DNA from: Eledone cirrhosa | Lineage: Eukaryota | DNA length: 64,000 nt | Direction: 5' to 3' | Assembly: GCA_964016885.1 (NCBI GenBank) | Contig: OZ024743.1 | Coordinates: forward strand, 258,292,001 to 258,356,000 | Part shown: positions 1-10,476 of the stretch, piece after piece | Layout of the letters: every line of letters starts with the position of its first letter | How positions within the stretch are numbered: the stretch's first letter is position 1 | Made by a program: the position numbers and the translations under genes | Notes under the pieces: generated by a model | Told to the model about the DNA's origin: nothing | Databases searched by the model: none | Seen by the model: the letters and a program-made list of their open reading frames with translations, nothing else

Positions 1-443
1 TTAATTTTTATTTCCAACTCTCACTCTTAACTTCCAACGTAAAACCATGATACCCAGAATAAGTTTATTTTCCCTAATAAGGTGATGGTCAGTAGTACCG
101 TCAACGCTTAGTGAGGGGTAGTATTATGACCTGTAAAAACTAACACTTTCCCATCCCCTCTGGCTCTTGGCTGACTGCCACAGCCATGATGGGTAGCAGT
201 AAAATATGGTACAGGCATTGGTGGGCCATTGTTTTGGATGACAGGGTGAACTGACTAAGCAAATTTCGTCGAAGTCTGCGTTGGAGAATGGTCAACTTCC
301 TTCGGACATGCGCTTGCGCAGGCCGGTGGGGGTGAATTGGTACTCACAAGGGAGCGGATGAAAAACCCAAGAACACGCAATTCATCCGTTGCCTTGTCGA
401 TCCAATTTCGATTGCCTCGGAAACAAACCTTATTATGTAACAA

Positions 444-517
444 GCTGTCTGATGATGACACGACACTCGCACACAGAACAGTGTGGCCAGTGTCGTCACT
501 GAAATATATATCACAGC
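444..517 (+). ncRNA. Minimal type-I hammerhead ribozyme motif (Penelope pLTR/retrozyme type)
   Basis: GCTGT(444-448)-CTGATGA(449-455), stem II (ACGACACT/AGTGTCGT plus inner CACAC/GTGTG), GAAA(501-504), palindromic TATATA, TC (AUC site), ACAGC(513-517). Stem I GCTGT/ACAGC is perfectly paired. Confidence 0.8.
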
Positions 518-533
518 ATTATTATTAAAGGAC

Positions 534-708
534 GGTGAATTGGCAGTATTGGTAGAGGGTTGGACGCCATGCTTTCTAGCATAGTTACGTCTCTTTATGA
601 TCTGATTTCAAATCCTGCCAAGGTTAACTTTGCCTTTCATCCGGTCAATAAAATAAAGTACCAGTAATGTACTGGGTAATTGCTGGCCTTGTGCCAAAAG
701 TAGAAACA
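534..708 (+). mobile_element. tRNA-derived SINE with Meta-like central domain and 16-bp target-site duplication
   Basis: A-box-like TGGCAGTATTGG, B-box-like TTCAAATCC, and AACTTTGCCTTTCATCC..ATAAAATAAAGTACCAG. ATTATTATTAAAGGAC flanks it at 518-533 and 709-724. Confidence 0.75.
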
Positions 709-831
709 ATTATTATTAAAGGACTTGAACATATGAAACTACTTCGCTTTTCCTTATTCGATATTTACTCCGCCACTCCTATGTGGAAAAAGTACGTTGA
801 GTGCTTGAATTGAATTGCATCAATGTTTATC

Positions 832-861
<30 letters not shown>

Positions 862-862
<1 letters not shown>

Positions 863-2530
863 CATCATCATCATCATCATCAACGTTTAACGTCCGTGTT
901 CCACGCTTGCATGGGTTTGGACGGGGGTAGTCCCACTTGAGGCAAGAGTGATTGTCTTGTTCGCATAGGACTGTCTGGCAGGCTTTCTACAGTTGGATGC
1001 CCTTCCTAACACCAACCACATTTACAGTGTGGGTCTGGGAGGTTTTTACCGTGTTGCCTACACGGCCACATTACAGCGTGGACTGTGTGTTTTTTTGTCG
1101 TGACACCTACACGATCTCATTTGTTTCGGCCTGGATGGAGTGGCACCAACATAACTTTACATAGGAGGGGGTGGTGTGGATTGGGTGGGGGTGGTGGGAC
1201 GGGGGTGTATTTTGTTAGAGATGCCTACTGGCTGTAGTAGGTTTTACTATGTATTTAGGTAAGGCGGGTCTTCTCTATTACTGAGTACCGCCAAAGGTCT
1301 CGGTCCAGTGACATTGTCTTGGAGAGGTGTAAGTGTGTGAGGTCGGAGTTTATCAGCTCGTCCCAGGTTTTTCTAGGTCTGCCTATTCCGTGGCTACCGT
1401 CTATCTTTATTGCCCTGCACTTTGTTATACAGCTATCGACTTTCATGCGCATCACGTGTCCATACCAACGTAGCCTTCTCTCGAGTAAACAACATCTGAT
1501 CCCTCTTATTTCTAATTTTTTCCTTAGTTCGTTTATGCTTTGCCGTTCACGTATATTAATATTACACATCCAGCGGAGCATGCAAGCTTCGTTCCTCTCT
1601 AGTCTGCGTATATCCTCTGCACACAATGCCCAGGTCTCACTGCCATGCATCATTGCTGTTCGTATGCAGGCATCATACAACCTGCCTTTCATTTTTAGGG
1701 AGAACCCTTTAGCGGCTAATAATGGTATAAGCTCTCTGAACTTTTTCCATCCAGTTCTGACTCTAGCTACTGTACTTTCAGAGCACCCTCCCCCACTGCT
1801 GATTTTGTCACCCAGGTAACGGAAGCTGTCCACTATTTCTATAGAGCCCTCTGCGCAGTTGTAAGAGCTAGTATTTTGTGGGCACTTGCTGCTACTTATT
1901 GCACCAGAGCACCGCCCACATTTAAAATCTATGTTCTTAGTTAGCTTACCTGTGATCCCACTACATCTTTTATGCACCCATACTTTGCATTTGGGACATA
2001 AAATGGAGTTTCTACCTACGCCTTTCCTACACACTGAGCATGGCCATTTCCCGGAAGGGACCGGCGCCTTATTTTCTTTCCTACAAACTAGAACTTTAGT
2101 CTTAGCCAGGTTAATTTTAAGGCCTTTTGATTCTAGGCCGTGCTTCCATGTTTGGAATTTCTTCTCTAGCTCGGCCATTGATTCAGCTATGAGTGTCAGG
2201 TCGTCTGCGTATAGAAGTTCCCATGGGTAGCCGGTCTTGAACTCCTCTGTTATAGCCTGAAGGGCAATAATAAATAGTAGGTGGCTGAGAACAGAGCCCT
2301 GATGGACGCCAACTTTTACGCTAAACTCTTCACTATATTCGTTGTTAATTCTAACCTTGCTGACTGTTTCTTTATACATGGCTTGTATAGCTCTCACAAG
2401 CCATTCGTCGACACCTAGTTTTCTAAGGGCCCACCAGATAATGGAATGGGGGACTCTGTCGAAGGCTTTCTCCAAGTCAAACAAAAGCTAAGTAGAGGGG
2501 TTTACCTTTAGCTAGGTACTTCTCCTGTAG
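862..2530 (-). mobile_element. RTE-clade LINE family A, 5'-truncated (RT C-terminal half, 3'UTR, (ATG)n tail)
   Basis: ORF 1255-2484 has DLEKAFDRV, GVHQGSVLS, LLYADD, FRYLG and HGSETW. (CAT)n at 862-881. (TA)n on both sides. Confidence 0.93.
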
Positions 2531-2550
2531 TATATATATATATATATATA

Positions 2551-2957
2551 CATGGTGGCTGCCAACTCATTTTCGAGTACGGCCACTACTTTATATCCAT
2601 GTAGGAGAACCCCTACCGATGCGCTGAACGAGTGTGACTTTTTAGTCCAGCCAGCGACTTGAAAACTCTGGTACAAAGACTACACTTGTGTCAATTACTG
2701 ACACATAGTGCTGGGCGCATGGTACCATGTGACGACAAGTGCAGAGAGATCTCCAAATATAAAGCAATGCATGTGCCGTGAAGCTTTTATAGTGAGCAAA
2801 GGCACTGCACAAAGCCAGTCCCACTCTCTTACCCAAGATGATATTTACCAAAAAGAAGATCAAGTCAACATCATTGGATACCATCAGGGTTGCAGGTGTT
2901 ACATCAGAGTTTTCCTTCTCCTAGAATTCATCCTTGACAAAGGCTAAGGGGTCATCT

Positions 2958-2958
<1 letters not shown>
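2551..2958 (-). mobile_element. Possible 5'-UTR fragment of an RTE-type element
   Basis: Minus strand contains CTAGGAGAAGGAAAACTCTGAT, a motif recalled from RTE 5' regions. Flanked by (TA)n. No coding support. Confidence 0.3.
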
Positions 2959-3013
<55 letters not shown>

Positions 3014-3071
3014 CATATATATATATACACATACATATATATACACATACATATACATATATATATATATA

Positions 3072-3279
3072 TACGTGTAGGTGCCACGAAAAAGCACCCA
3101 GCACTCATTGTAAATGAGGTTGGTGTTAGGAAGGGCATCCAGCTGTAGAAATCAAGCCAAATCAGTTCCTGTATGAGCAAGGCATGGTCAGCCGACCAGA
3201 CACTGCCCACAACAGGACAACCCGTCTAACCCATGCTAGTGTGGAAGAACGGACGTAAAACGGTGATGATGATGATGAT
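3072..3279 (+). mobile_element. RTE family B 3'UTR fragment with (ATG)n tail
   Basis: Near-identical to the 3' end of the RTE-B copy at 41550-41746. Embedded in (TA)n. Confidence 0.85.
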
Positions 3280-3296
3280 ACGTATATATATATATA

Positions 3297-3329
<33 letters not shown>

Positions 3330-3332
<3 letters not shown>

Positions 3333-3515
3333 GAAGGAGGTGTGGTAAGGAACCAGATGGACCATAACGCACCAGATTACTCAATACTTAGGGTAGTAGA
3401 GTGTGTAATAGGAAAATGTTTAACCCCAACAGCAGAGCTCAAGCCATTTCGACGGCTATTTCTAGAAATAGCCATCGAAACAGCATGAGCTCTGCCGTTG
3501 GGGTTAAACATTTTC
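3330..3515 (-). mobile_element. Fold-back (palindromic) Penelope pLTR-like fragment, family F1
   Basis: Imperfect inverted repeat 3412-3515 centred on TTCTAGAA. Body homologous to 50783-50978 and 26317-26405. Confidence 0.6.
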
Positions 3516-3526
3516 ATATATATATA

Positions 3527-4651
3527 TAAACTATAATAAAGGAAGGTCTGCGGGATTGTGTACAGTTTATATTTTTTTATCCCGTTTGTAAAATAAGTTG
3601 GATTACTTTGAATAAATAATGAATGAATATTGCATAATTTATGTACTCAATTTCGTAAAAATAAATAATTTAAAATTGACTTCTTCTCAAAGCTGCTCTT
3701 CCGGTATATCGTCGCCGCCACCACCACTTCAACTACCATATATATAGAAAGAGAGATAGAGAGATTATGATTTTCTACACCTGACGCGTATGATTGTGCA
3801 CAAACATACATCTATATGTATGACTTTATAACTATAATCGCGCAAACACAAACTAATAAAAATACACTCTCATGGATATAATTCACAAAAATACACATAC
3901 TTTCACACAAATATACATACATTCACACATACTTTCACACAAACATACATACTTTCACACAAATATGCATGCATTCACACAAACACACACATACAGTCAT
4001 AAAACTCATTCAGTTTAATTGGAAATGGGAGGGTAAAACAAGTATAACGTTTTTATTTATTCTTTATTTATTTATTAACTCTTTTTTTTTAAACTCATTT
4101 AATGTAATGGTTACAGAAGGAAAACACTAACGAATATAATCTAAACTATAATAAAGGGAGGAGCGCGGGACTGCGTACGGTTTATAATTTTTTATCCCAT
4201 TAGTAAAATAAGTTGGATTATTTTGAATAAATAATGAATGAATATTACATAATTTATCTACTAAATTTCGTATTACATAATGTATCTATTAAATTTGGTG
4301 GCTGTTGATTAAATATATTTTGTTTATTTAAAGATTCACTTCTTTAAAATTTCTGAAATGTCAACACTTCCGGTTGGCTATTGCTTAAATAAACATACTA
4401 ATTTTCTGTCACTAATTTTCTCCTAATGCAGTTTATATATAATATCGTCTTTTTTAATGTATCATGGATTACGTTACTGATTACATAAGACAGCGTAACA
4501 CAGTCTTCGTTCAATTTCTATGTATTATATATTGTCAATTACGATTTTATTTGATGTATCATATCTACATGTATATATACTTGCGTATAATATCAATATA
4601 CACACTACACATGCTAGCAGAAAACCAGCCAAAGCGTGGTTTTTCTGCTAG
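3527..4651 (+). mobile_element. Non-autonomous Helitron-like element with tandemly duplicated 5' part (3527-4139, 4140-4651)
   Basis: 5' A|TCTAAACTATAATAAAG at 4140. 3' hairpin CTAGCAGAAAACC..GGTTTTTCTGCTAG|T ends at 4651. Homologous to 13513-15388. Confidence 0.65.
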
Positions 4652-4673
4652 TATATATAATATAGAAATTATT

Positions 4674-4838
4674 TCTACAGGACTAGAACTGTTATATTCA
4701 TCTGAAATAATAATCATCATCATATCTTACAAGTGAAACAGTTCTAGTCCTGTAGACATCCTTTCTTTTTCAAATAAATATGCTTCTTCTCTACTAACAT
4801 ATTCAATATCTTATTAAACTGTGGTTTCTTTCTGATCA
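4674..4838 (+). mobile_element. Penelope pLTR-like fragment, family F2, with short fold-back
   Basis: CTACAGGACTAGAACTGTT...AACAGTTCTAGTCCTGTAG. 4734-4838 recurs inverted at 5737-5843, and the motif recurs at 63847-63942. Confidence 0.5.
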
Positions 4839-5736
4839 CTTTCGGAAAACCTTCCGTAATTATACACATATTTATATATATTTATGTGTGTATGTGTATG
4901 TACTCCCGTGCATACATGCATGCACACATGCACACACACACACACACGCACTTCTTGAACATTTATGTAATTCATATTAATTTTATCTTTCTCATTCATA
5001 GACAGGTGCAGAAAATATAATTTATGTTTGTATTTTATGTGTTTGTTATATTTTCTTCTTAACATCCGAGATTAAAAATGTGAATATATAAAGCCCAGTT
5101 CTTATAGATATGCAAAGATTCTATTTGGCCATAAATACATCAATAGAAAGAACTGGCATATTTATAATTAAAATAACTCATGTATTTTCTTTGTTGATAA
5201 TTATTTTGAATTCTTTCTGAAAACTGGCATTTCTTTTGTCTGTTTATTTTTGAAGTTCACATATTTAGAATAGAATTCTTGGATTTGTGTCATGTTTGAA
5301 GTATTTAAAAAAACTATAGTCTAGTTCTTTTCTCTGTATTATCACATCTATCTGCAGAGCTGGCACCTGGGTGTTTAACATCCCAAGTGCATATCTTTCC
5401 CACAATTATGTGCCCTTCTTTTTTACAATTATGTGCCCCATTCTCCCAAATGAAATAATTTCAATATACAGTTTGGTCAGCTAACAAATTTAGTTTTTAC
5501 AATTTCTGCAATGATCACACTAACAAAATTATTAAGACTGCATCAATCCCCCCCCCCCCCCTGCCAAATGATGTTTCAAATCATAACATCATATGACCCT
5601 CTCCACTGCTTTGGATATTTCCAAATGGATAGATGGATGAAAGTCAAAGTTGACCTTGGTGAGATTAGAAGTCAGAGAGCAGATAGCTGAAATAAATATG
5701 GCAAAGATGTTGCATAAAATTGTGATCATTCATGGG

Positions 5737-5843
5737 GATCAGAAAGAAACGACAGTTAAATAATATATTCAATATGTTAGTAGAGACGAAGCATAATTAT
5801 TTTATAAAGAAATGATGTCTACAGGACTAGAACTGTTTCATTC
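5737..5843 (-). mobile_element. Family F2 pLTR-like fragment
   Basis: Reverse complement closely matches 4734-4838. Confidence 0.5.
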
Positions 5844-5911
5844 ACACACACATATATAAATATATATATAAATACTTATATATATATATCCACTCATTTA
5901 TATATATATAA

Positions 5912-6613
5912 GTTGACAGTACTAGCATGGGTTTCACTGCTAGTAATGGTTGCATCTCAGCGTACTCAATAGGTAATGTAAAATTCCAGAGTAGACACAT
6001 AGTTATTTACTTCAATACAACACACGTAAATGGGTACCTTCTATCTATACCCATACTTGAGTTTCGGCCACACTTAATGCTGCAAGCAATAAAGTGCACA
6101 GCATTCACTGCATGCATTTATTATGCAACAATTTGCAATCGGCACATGTGGCTTCATCAGCGGGTTTCGCCTAATCAATAACCAATCGATCGACAGTCCG
6201 TGACAGCTGACACAGTAAAACAACAGCACTGAATCCCTATGCATCATCATAATACTATCAACCAATTGGCTATTGGTTCAGAAATTTACATGATGGTAAG
6301 AGACGAAATTCAAATAGTTCCACTCCCGCCATAAGCCCTCAGCCAACGCATCTCAAACACAAATTAACAAGTGAGGGAAAAATAGGTTATTAGAGAAAAT
6401 CAGTCTCCGATCGTTATACAATAGAATGGTAGTATTAGGGTCCAGTCTCCAAGCCCCATGGCAAGAAATAGGGTGACAGTAACAATAGTAGTGTCTAAAA
6501 CCTTTCCAGACATTAAATGCCACCAGGTGACAGTAATGCAGAGTTAGCGCGCTGGTTAGAATTCAGATTCTAGATATTTCAGTGAACCACATGCGTAAAC
6601 CGGTCAATAACAC

Positions 6614-6616
<3 letters not shown>
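5912..6616. mobile_element. Possible MITE with degenerate terminal inverted repeats
   Basis: TTGACAGTACTAGCATGGGTTTCACTG vs reverse complement of the right end TTGACCGGTTTACGCATGTGGTTCACTG. (TA)n on both sides. Confidence 0.3.
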
Positions 6617-6645
<29 letters not shown>

Positions 6646-6649
<4 letters not shown>

Positions 6650-7726
6650 TCATCATCATCATCATCACTGTTTTACGTCCGTTCTTCCACACTAGCATGG
6701 GTTAGACCGGTTGTCCTGTTGTGGGCAGTGTCTGGTCGGCTGACCATGCCTTGCTCATACAGGAACTGATCTGGCTTGATTTCTACAGCTGCATGCCCTT
6801 CCTAACACCAACCTCATTTACAGTGAGTGCTGGGTGCTTTTTCGTGGCGCCTACACGTCCACTTTACAGTGTGGGCTGGGTGCTTTTTTGCCGTGGCACC
6901 TCCACGACCACCTTGCGGTGGAGGGTGTAGAGGCATATTGTCTATATGCTTCAGCTTGTACCCATGGGAGGTCGGGTACTCTGTATTACTGCGTGACGCC
7001 AGAGGTCACGGTCGTGTGTCATTGCCTTTGAGAGGTGTAATTGGGTAAGGTCGGCTTTTATCACCTCATCCCAGGTCATCTTGGGTCTCCCCACTCCGCG
7101 GTTTCCATCGACTTCTAGTGCTCTGCCCCTTTTTATGCAGCTGTCATCCTTCATACGCATCACATGTCCATACCAGCGCAACCGCCTCTCCTGCACACAG
7201 CATTTGATTCCTCTTATGCTCAGTCTCTCTCTCTCAATTCATTTATGCTTTGTCGTTCACGTATATTACTGTTACACATCCATCAGAGCATGCAGGCTTT
7301 GTTTCTCTCTAATCTACGTAAGTCTTCCACCTTCAGCGCCCAGGTCTCACTACCATGCAACATCGCTGTTCGGATACACGCATCATACAGTCTGCCTTTC
7401 ATTCTGAGGGAGAAGCCTTTTGCAGCTAGCAGTGGTAGTAGTTGCCTAAACTTCTTCCATCCCGTTCTTACCCTAGTTATTGTACTTTCTGAACACCCAC
7501 CTCCGCTGCTAATTCGGTCACCTAGGTAGCAGAAGCTGTCTACTGTTTCTACAGAGCCCTCCCAGAGATTGGTGGTACTTGTTTCCTGTGGCTGTTTGCT
7601 GCTTGCTGTCCCAGCACAGCTGCTGCATGTGAAGCCTAGATTCTTAATTAAGCTTCCTGAGATCCCGCTACATCTCTTGTGTACCCATTGTTTGCATTTG
7701 GGGCAGAGAATGGAGTTCCTGCCTAC
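6646..7726 (-). mobile_element. RTE family B, 5'-truncated
   Basis: Encodes RNSILCPKCK..HKRCSG, HGSETW and ERRLRWYGHVMRM in broken frames. 3'UTR plus (CAT)n. Flanked by (TA)n. Confidence 0.9.
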
Positions 7727-7742
7727 TTATATATATATATAT

Positions 7743-8322
7743 ATATTGTTATACTTGGGGAGGGTCATATTTGTGTAATAATATTGCCAGAATTAATAAC
7801 AGAACACACTCACTGTTTGGTTGGTTTTCACTTCTGTGTCTTTTATATCAGTTAATTTAATTTATTTGGTCTTCAATGTTTACCATTGACTGACCAACGG
7901 TCAAAAAACAGATACAATATAGACACAAAAACATATATATAGTCTATCAAAGTTCTTTCGTTGCACATCTGCAACATCGTCAGTGGTGCTATTATGTTTC
8001 CTCCCGTTGCATTGTATGCCTACGCCATCTTTATTTAGTCTGTTTATTTATTTATTTGTTTTTTTTTGTCTTCTCTGCGCATGCATTTGCGTGTGTGTAT
8101 AGTGTTTTGTTTGATGTGTGTTCTTGTTTGGGTGACTGTGTATTGGTTAATGTATTCTATCTTAGTTTACTAGTGTGTGTTTATATGTGTTTGTTGTTAT
8201 TGTGCTTGTGTATGTATTTATTTATCTATTTATTTATTTATACCTCTCTTAGGGGGTGTGTTCTGTTATTAATTCTGGAAATATTATTACACGAATATGA
8301 CCCTCCCCAAGTATAACAATAT
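7743..8322 (-). mobile_element. Penelope pLTR-like element with ~65-bp terminal inverted repeats and an internal hammerhead
   Basis: ATATTGTTATACTTGGGGAGGGTCATAT...AACAGAACACAC (7743-7808) is inverted at ~8255-8322. Hammerhead core at 7946-7987. Confidence 0.65.
7946..7987 (-). ncRNA. Degenerate minimal hammerhead motif
   Basis: Minus strand ACCA-CTGACGA-T-GTTGCA gatg TGCAAC-GAAA-GAAC-TT-TGAT. One mismatch in stem I. Confidence 0.6.
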
Positions 8323-8362
8323 TTGTTTCGACACATGATTTCATATCAAAAACTTCACAAAA

Positions 8363-8403
<41 letters not shown>

Positions 8404-8488
8404 ATATATATATATATATACTGTAGTAAAACTTTGGTAGAAATATCCAAGAGTAAGAGCACTCAGTCCATAGGACGAGTTTAGTATG

Positions 8489-8623
8489 AATAATTACAAC
8501 AGTGACATAAACAGGTACTTAAGTTTCGTTGGGTTCTGGACCCCAACTCAATCAGCCTGAATGAGTTGGGGTCCAGAACCCAACGAAACTTAAGTACCTG
8601 TTTATGTCACTGTTGTAATTATT
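8489..8623. repeat. Near-perfect ~62-bp-arm palindrome (fold-back of a hammerhead-bearing element)
   Basis: AATAATTACAACAGTGAC...CCCCAACTCA atcagcctgaa TGAGTTGGGG...GTCACTGTTGTAATTATT. Confidence 0.9.
8512..8559 (-). ncRNA. Minimal hammerhead motif with a 1-nt core insertion (CUGAUUGA)
   Basis: Minus strand CAGG-CTGATTGA-GTTGGG gtccagaa CCCAAC-GAAA-CTTAAG (palindrome)-TA-CCTG. Confidence 0.7.
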
Positions 8624-8884
8624 TATATATATATATATATATATATATCATCATCATGGTGCATGGTCAGATCATTGACAACTAAAATGGCAGCCTCACC
8701 GATCTTGTTTGGTGAGAAGGGTGATTATTGGACATCTTGGAGGATGAAAAACAAAGCCTGTCAAAAACCCCTTAGTGCCAAAGAGCTTGCTACTGATTGT
8801 CATTACAATAGCAAACAGAAAGACAATGTTATATGTATGTATATATATATATACACACATACATACATATTATATATGTATGTT

Positions 8885-9345
8885 ATCATCATCATCATCA
8901 TCATCATCACCGTTTTACGTCCGTTCTTCCACGCTAGCATGGGTTAGACGGGTTGTCCTGTTGTGGGCAGTGTCTGGTCGGCTGACCATGCCTTGCTCAT
9001 ACAGGAACTGATCTGGCTTGATTTCTACAGCTGGATGCCCTTCCTAACACCAACCTCATTTACAGTGAGTGCTGGGTGCTTTTTCGTGGCGCCTACACGT
9101 CCACTTTACAGTGTGGGCTGGGTGCTTTTTTGCCGTGGCACCTCAACGACCACCTTGCGGTGGGGGGGGGCATATTGTTTATATGCTTCAGCATGTACCC
9201 ATGGGAGGTCGGGTACCCTGTATTACTGCGTGACGCCAGAAGTCACGGTCGTGTGTCATTGACTTTGAGAGGTGTAGTTGGGTAAGGTCGGCTTTTATCA
9301 CCTCATCCCAAGTCATCTTGGGTCTCCCCACTCCGCGGTTTCCAT
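8885..9345 (-). mobile_element. RTE family B 3' end
   Basis: Matches 6646-7107. Encodes GRPKMTWDEVIKADL. (CAT)n tail. Confidence 0.88.
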
Positions 9346-9559
9346 ATATGTTATATACATATATATTATATATGTATATAATGTATAAGTTATATATATA
9401 TATATTATATATGTATGTATGGTCCTGTAACGTCTGAGGAAGTCGTAGGGGTGATGCATTGGCATACGTTATTTCTAGGGCATTATTAAACCTGGCAGAG
9501 CCCATCCCTTTCTCGGACTGAGTACAGCAGATTTCTTCCAGAGAAGGATAGAGAGTGAC

Positions 9560-9700
9560 AAAATGGAAGAGATATACAGGAAAAACTGACGCCAGTACTT
9601 GACTGGCATTTTTTTTATCGACCTTGAACAGATGAAAGGCAAAGTTGACCTCGGTGGATTTGAAGTAAGAGAGAAGGAAGCCAAAACAAATATCGCAAAG
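9560..9700 (-). mobile_element. Meta-like SINE remnant
   Basis: Reverse complement AAATCCACCGAGGTCAACTTTGCCTTTCATC..GGTCGATAAAA..CCAGTCAAGTACTGG. Confidence 0.55.
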
Positions 9701-9860
9701 TATTCTATCTTTTGCTCTAAAAACTCTGCCAATTTTCTGCCAGTCAAGGTAACTGCTTGTGCCACTATTGTAACTGATGTATATTGTTGAGCTTCCTATA
9801 TATATATATATGTGTGTGTATGTGTGTGTATATATGTGTGTATGTGTGTATATATATATA

Positions 9861-10433
9861 CTAGCCGAATTACTCGCGCCTTGCTGCGTTTCACACATTT
9901 TTTTTGTAAGAAAATGATGATTGATTTTAAATCAGTGATATAATTTATTAAATCTTATTCTTATTTTGTTTCTTGTAAATAATTTTTTTCAAAATATCAA
10001 TTCAAAACTTTTGTGAATAGGCATCTTATCTTGTCATTTATCTATGGTTTAAATTTCATATAAATCGAAGGGAAAAAATTTTCAGCAGGGGTTTGTGCCC
10101 CCAGGAAATCCTAATAGGGGGTTTAACCCCCAATAGGGTCTGTTAATATTACTGAAATTTGCTGAAATTTTGTGAATAGGCATCATATCTTGTCATTTAC
10201 CTATGGTTTAAATTTCATATAAATCGGAGGGAAAACATTTTCAGCAGGGATTTGTGCTGCCGGGGAACCCTTTGATTAATATGGAATACATTTATCCAAG
10301 TACCCTGGTCAATGTAGTTTCAGAATATATATGGTTATGGGGGTCTATCTCCAAAACCATAGGAGGAGTTTGTGAACAAACAACCAACCAAACAAACAAA
10401 CAGACAGGAACTACAACTTTATATATATATAGA
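9861..10433 (-). mobile_element. Non-autonomous Helitron
   Basis: Minus strand starts A|TCTATATA and ends GC-rich GCAGCAAGGCGCGAGTAATTCGG-CTAG|T. Internal ~80-bp direct repeat (10008-10090, 10168-10249). (AAAC)n near the 5' end. Confidence 0.65.
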
Positions 10434-10445
10434 TATGTATCTATA

Positions 10446-10476
<31 letters not shown>

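Noticed and set aside
6145-6175. GAAA and CTGATGA on the minus strand (GGCGAAACCCGCTGATGAAGCC)
   Set aside because: Only 4 nt separate the boxes in this order, so stems III and I cannot form; not a hammerhead.
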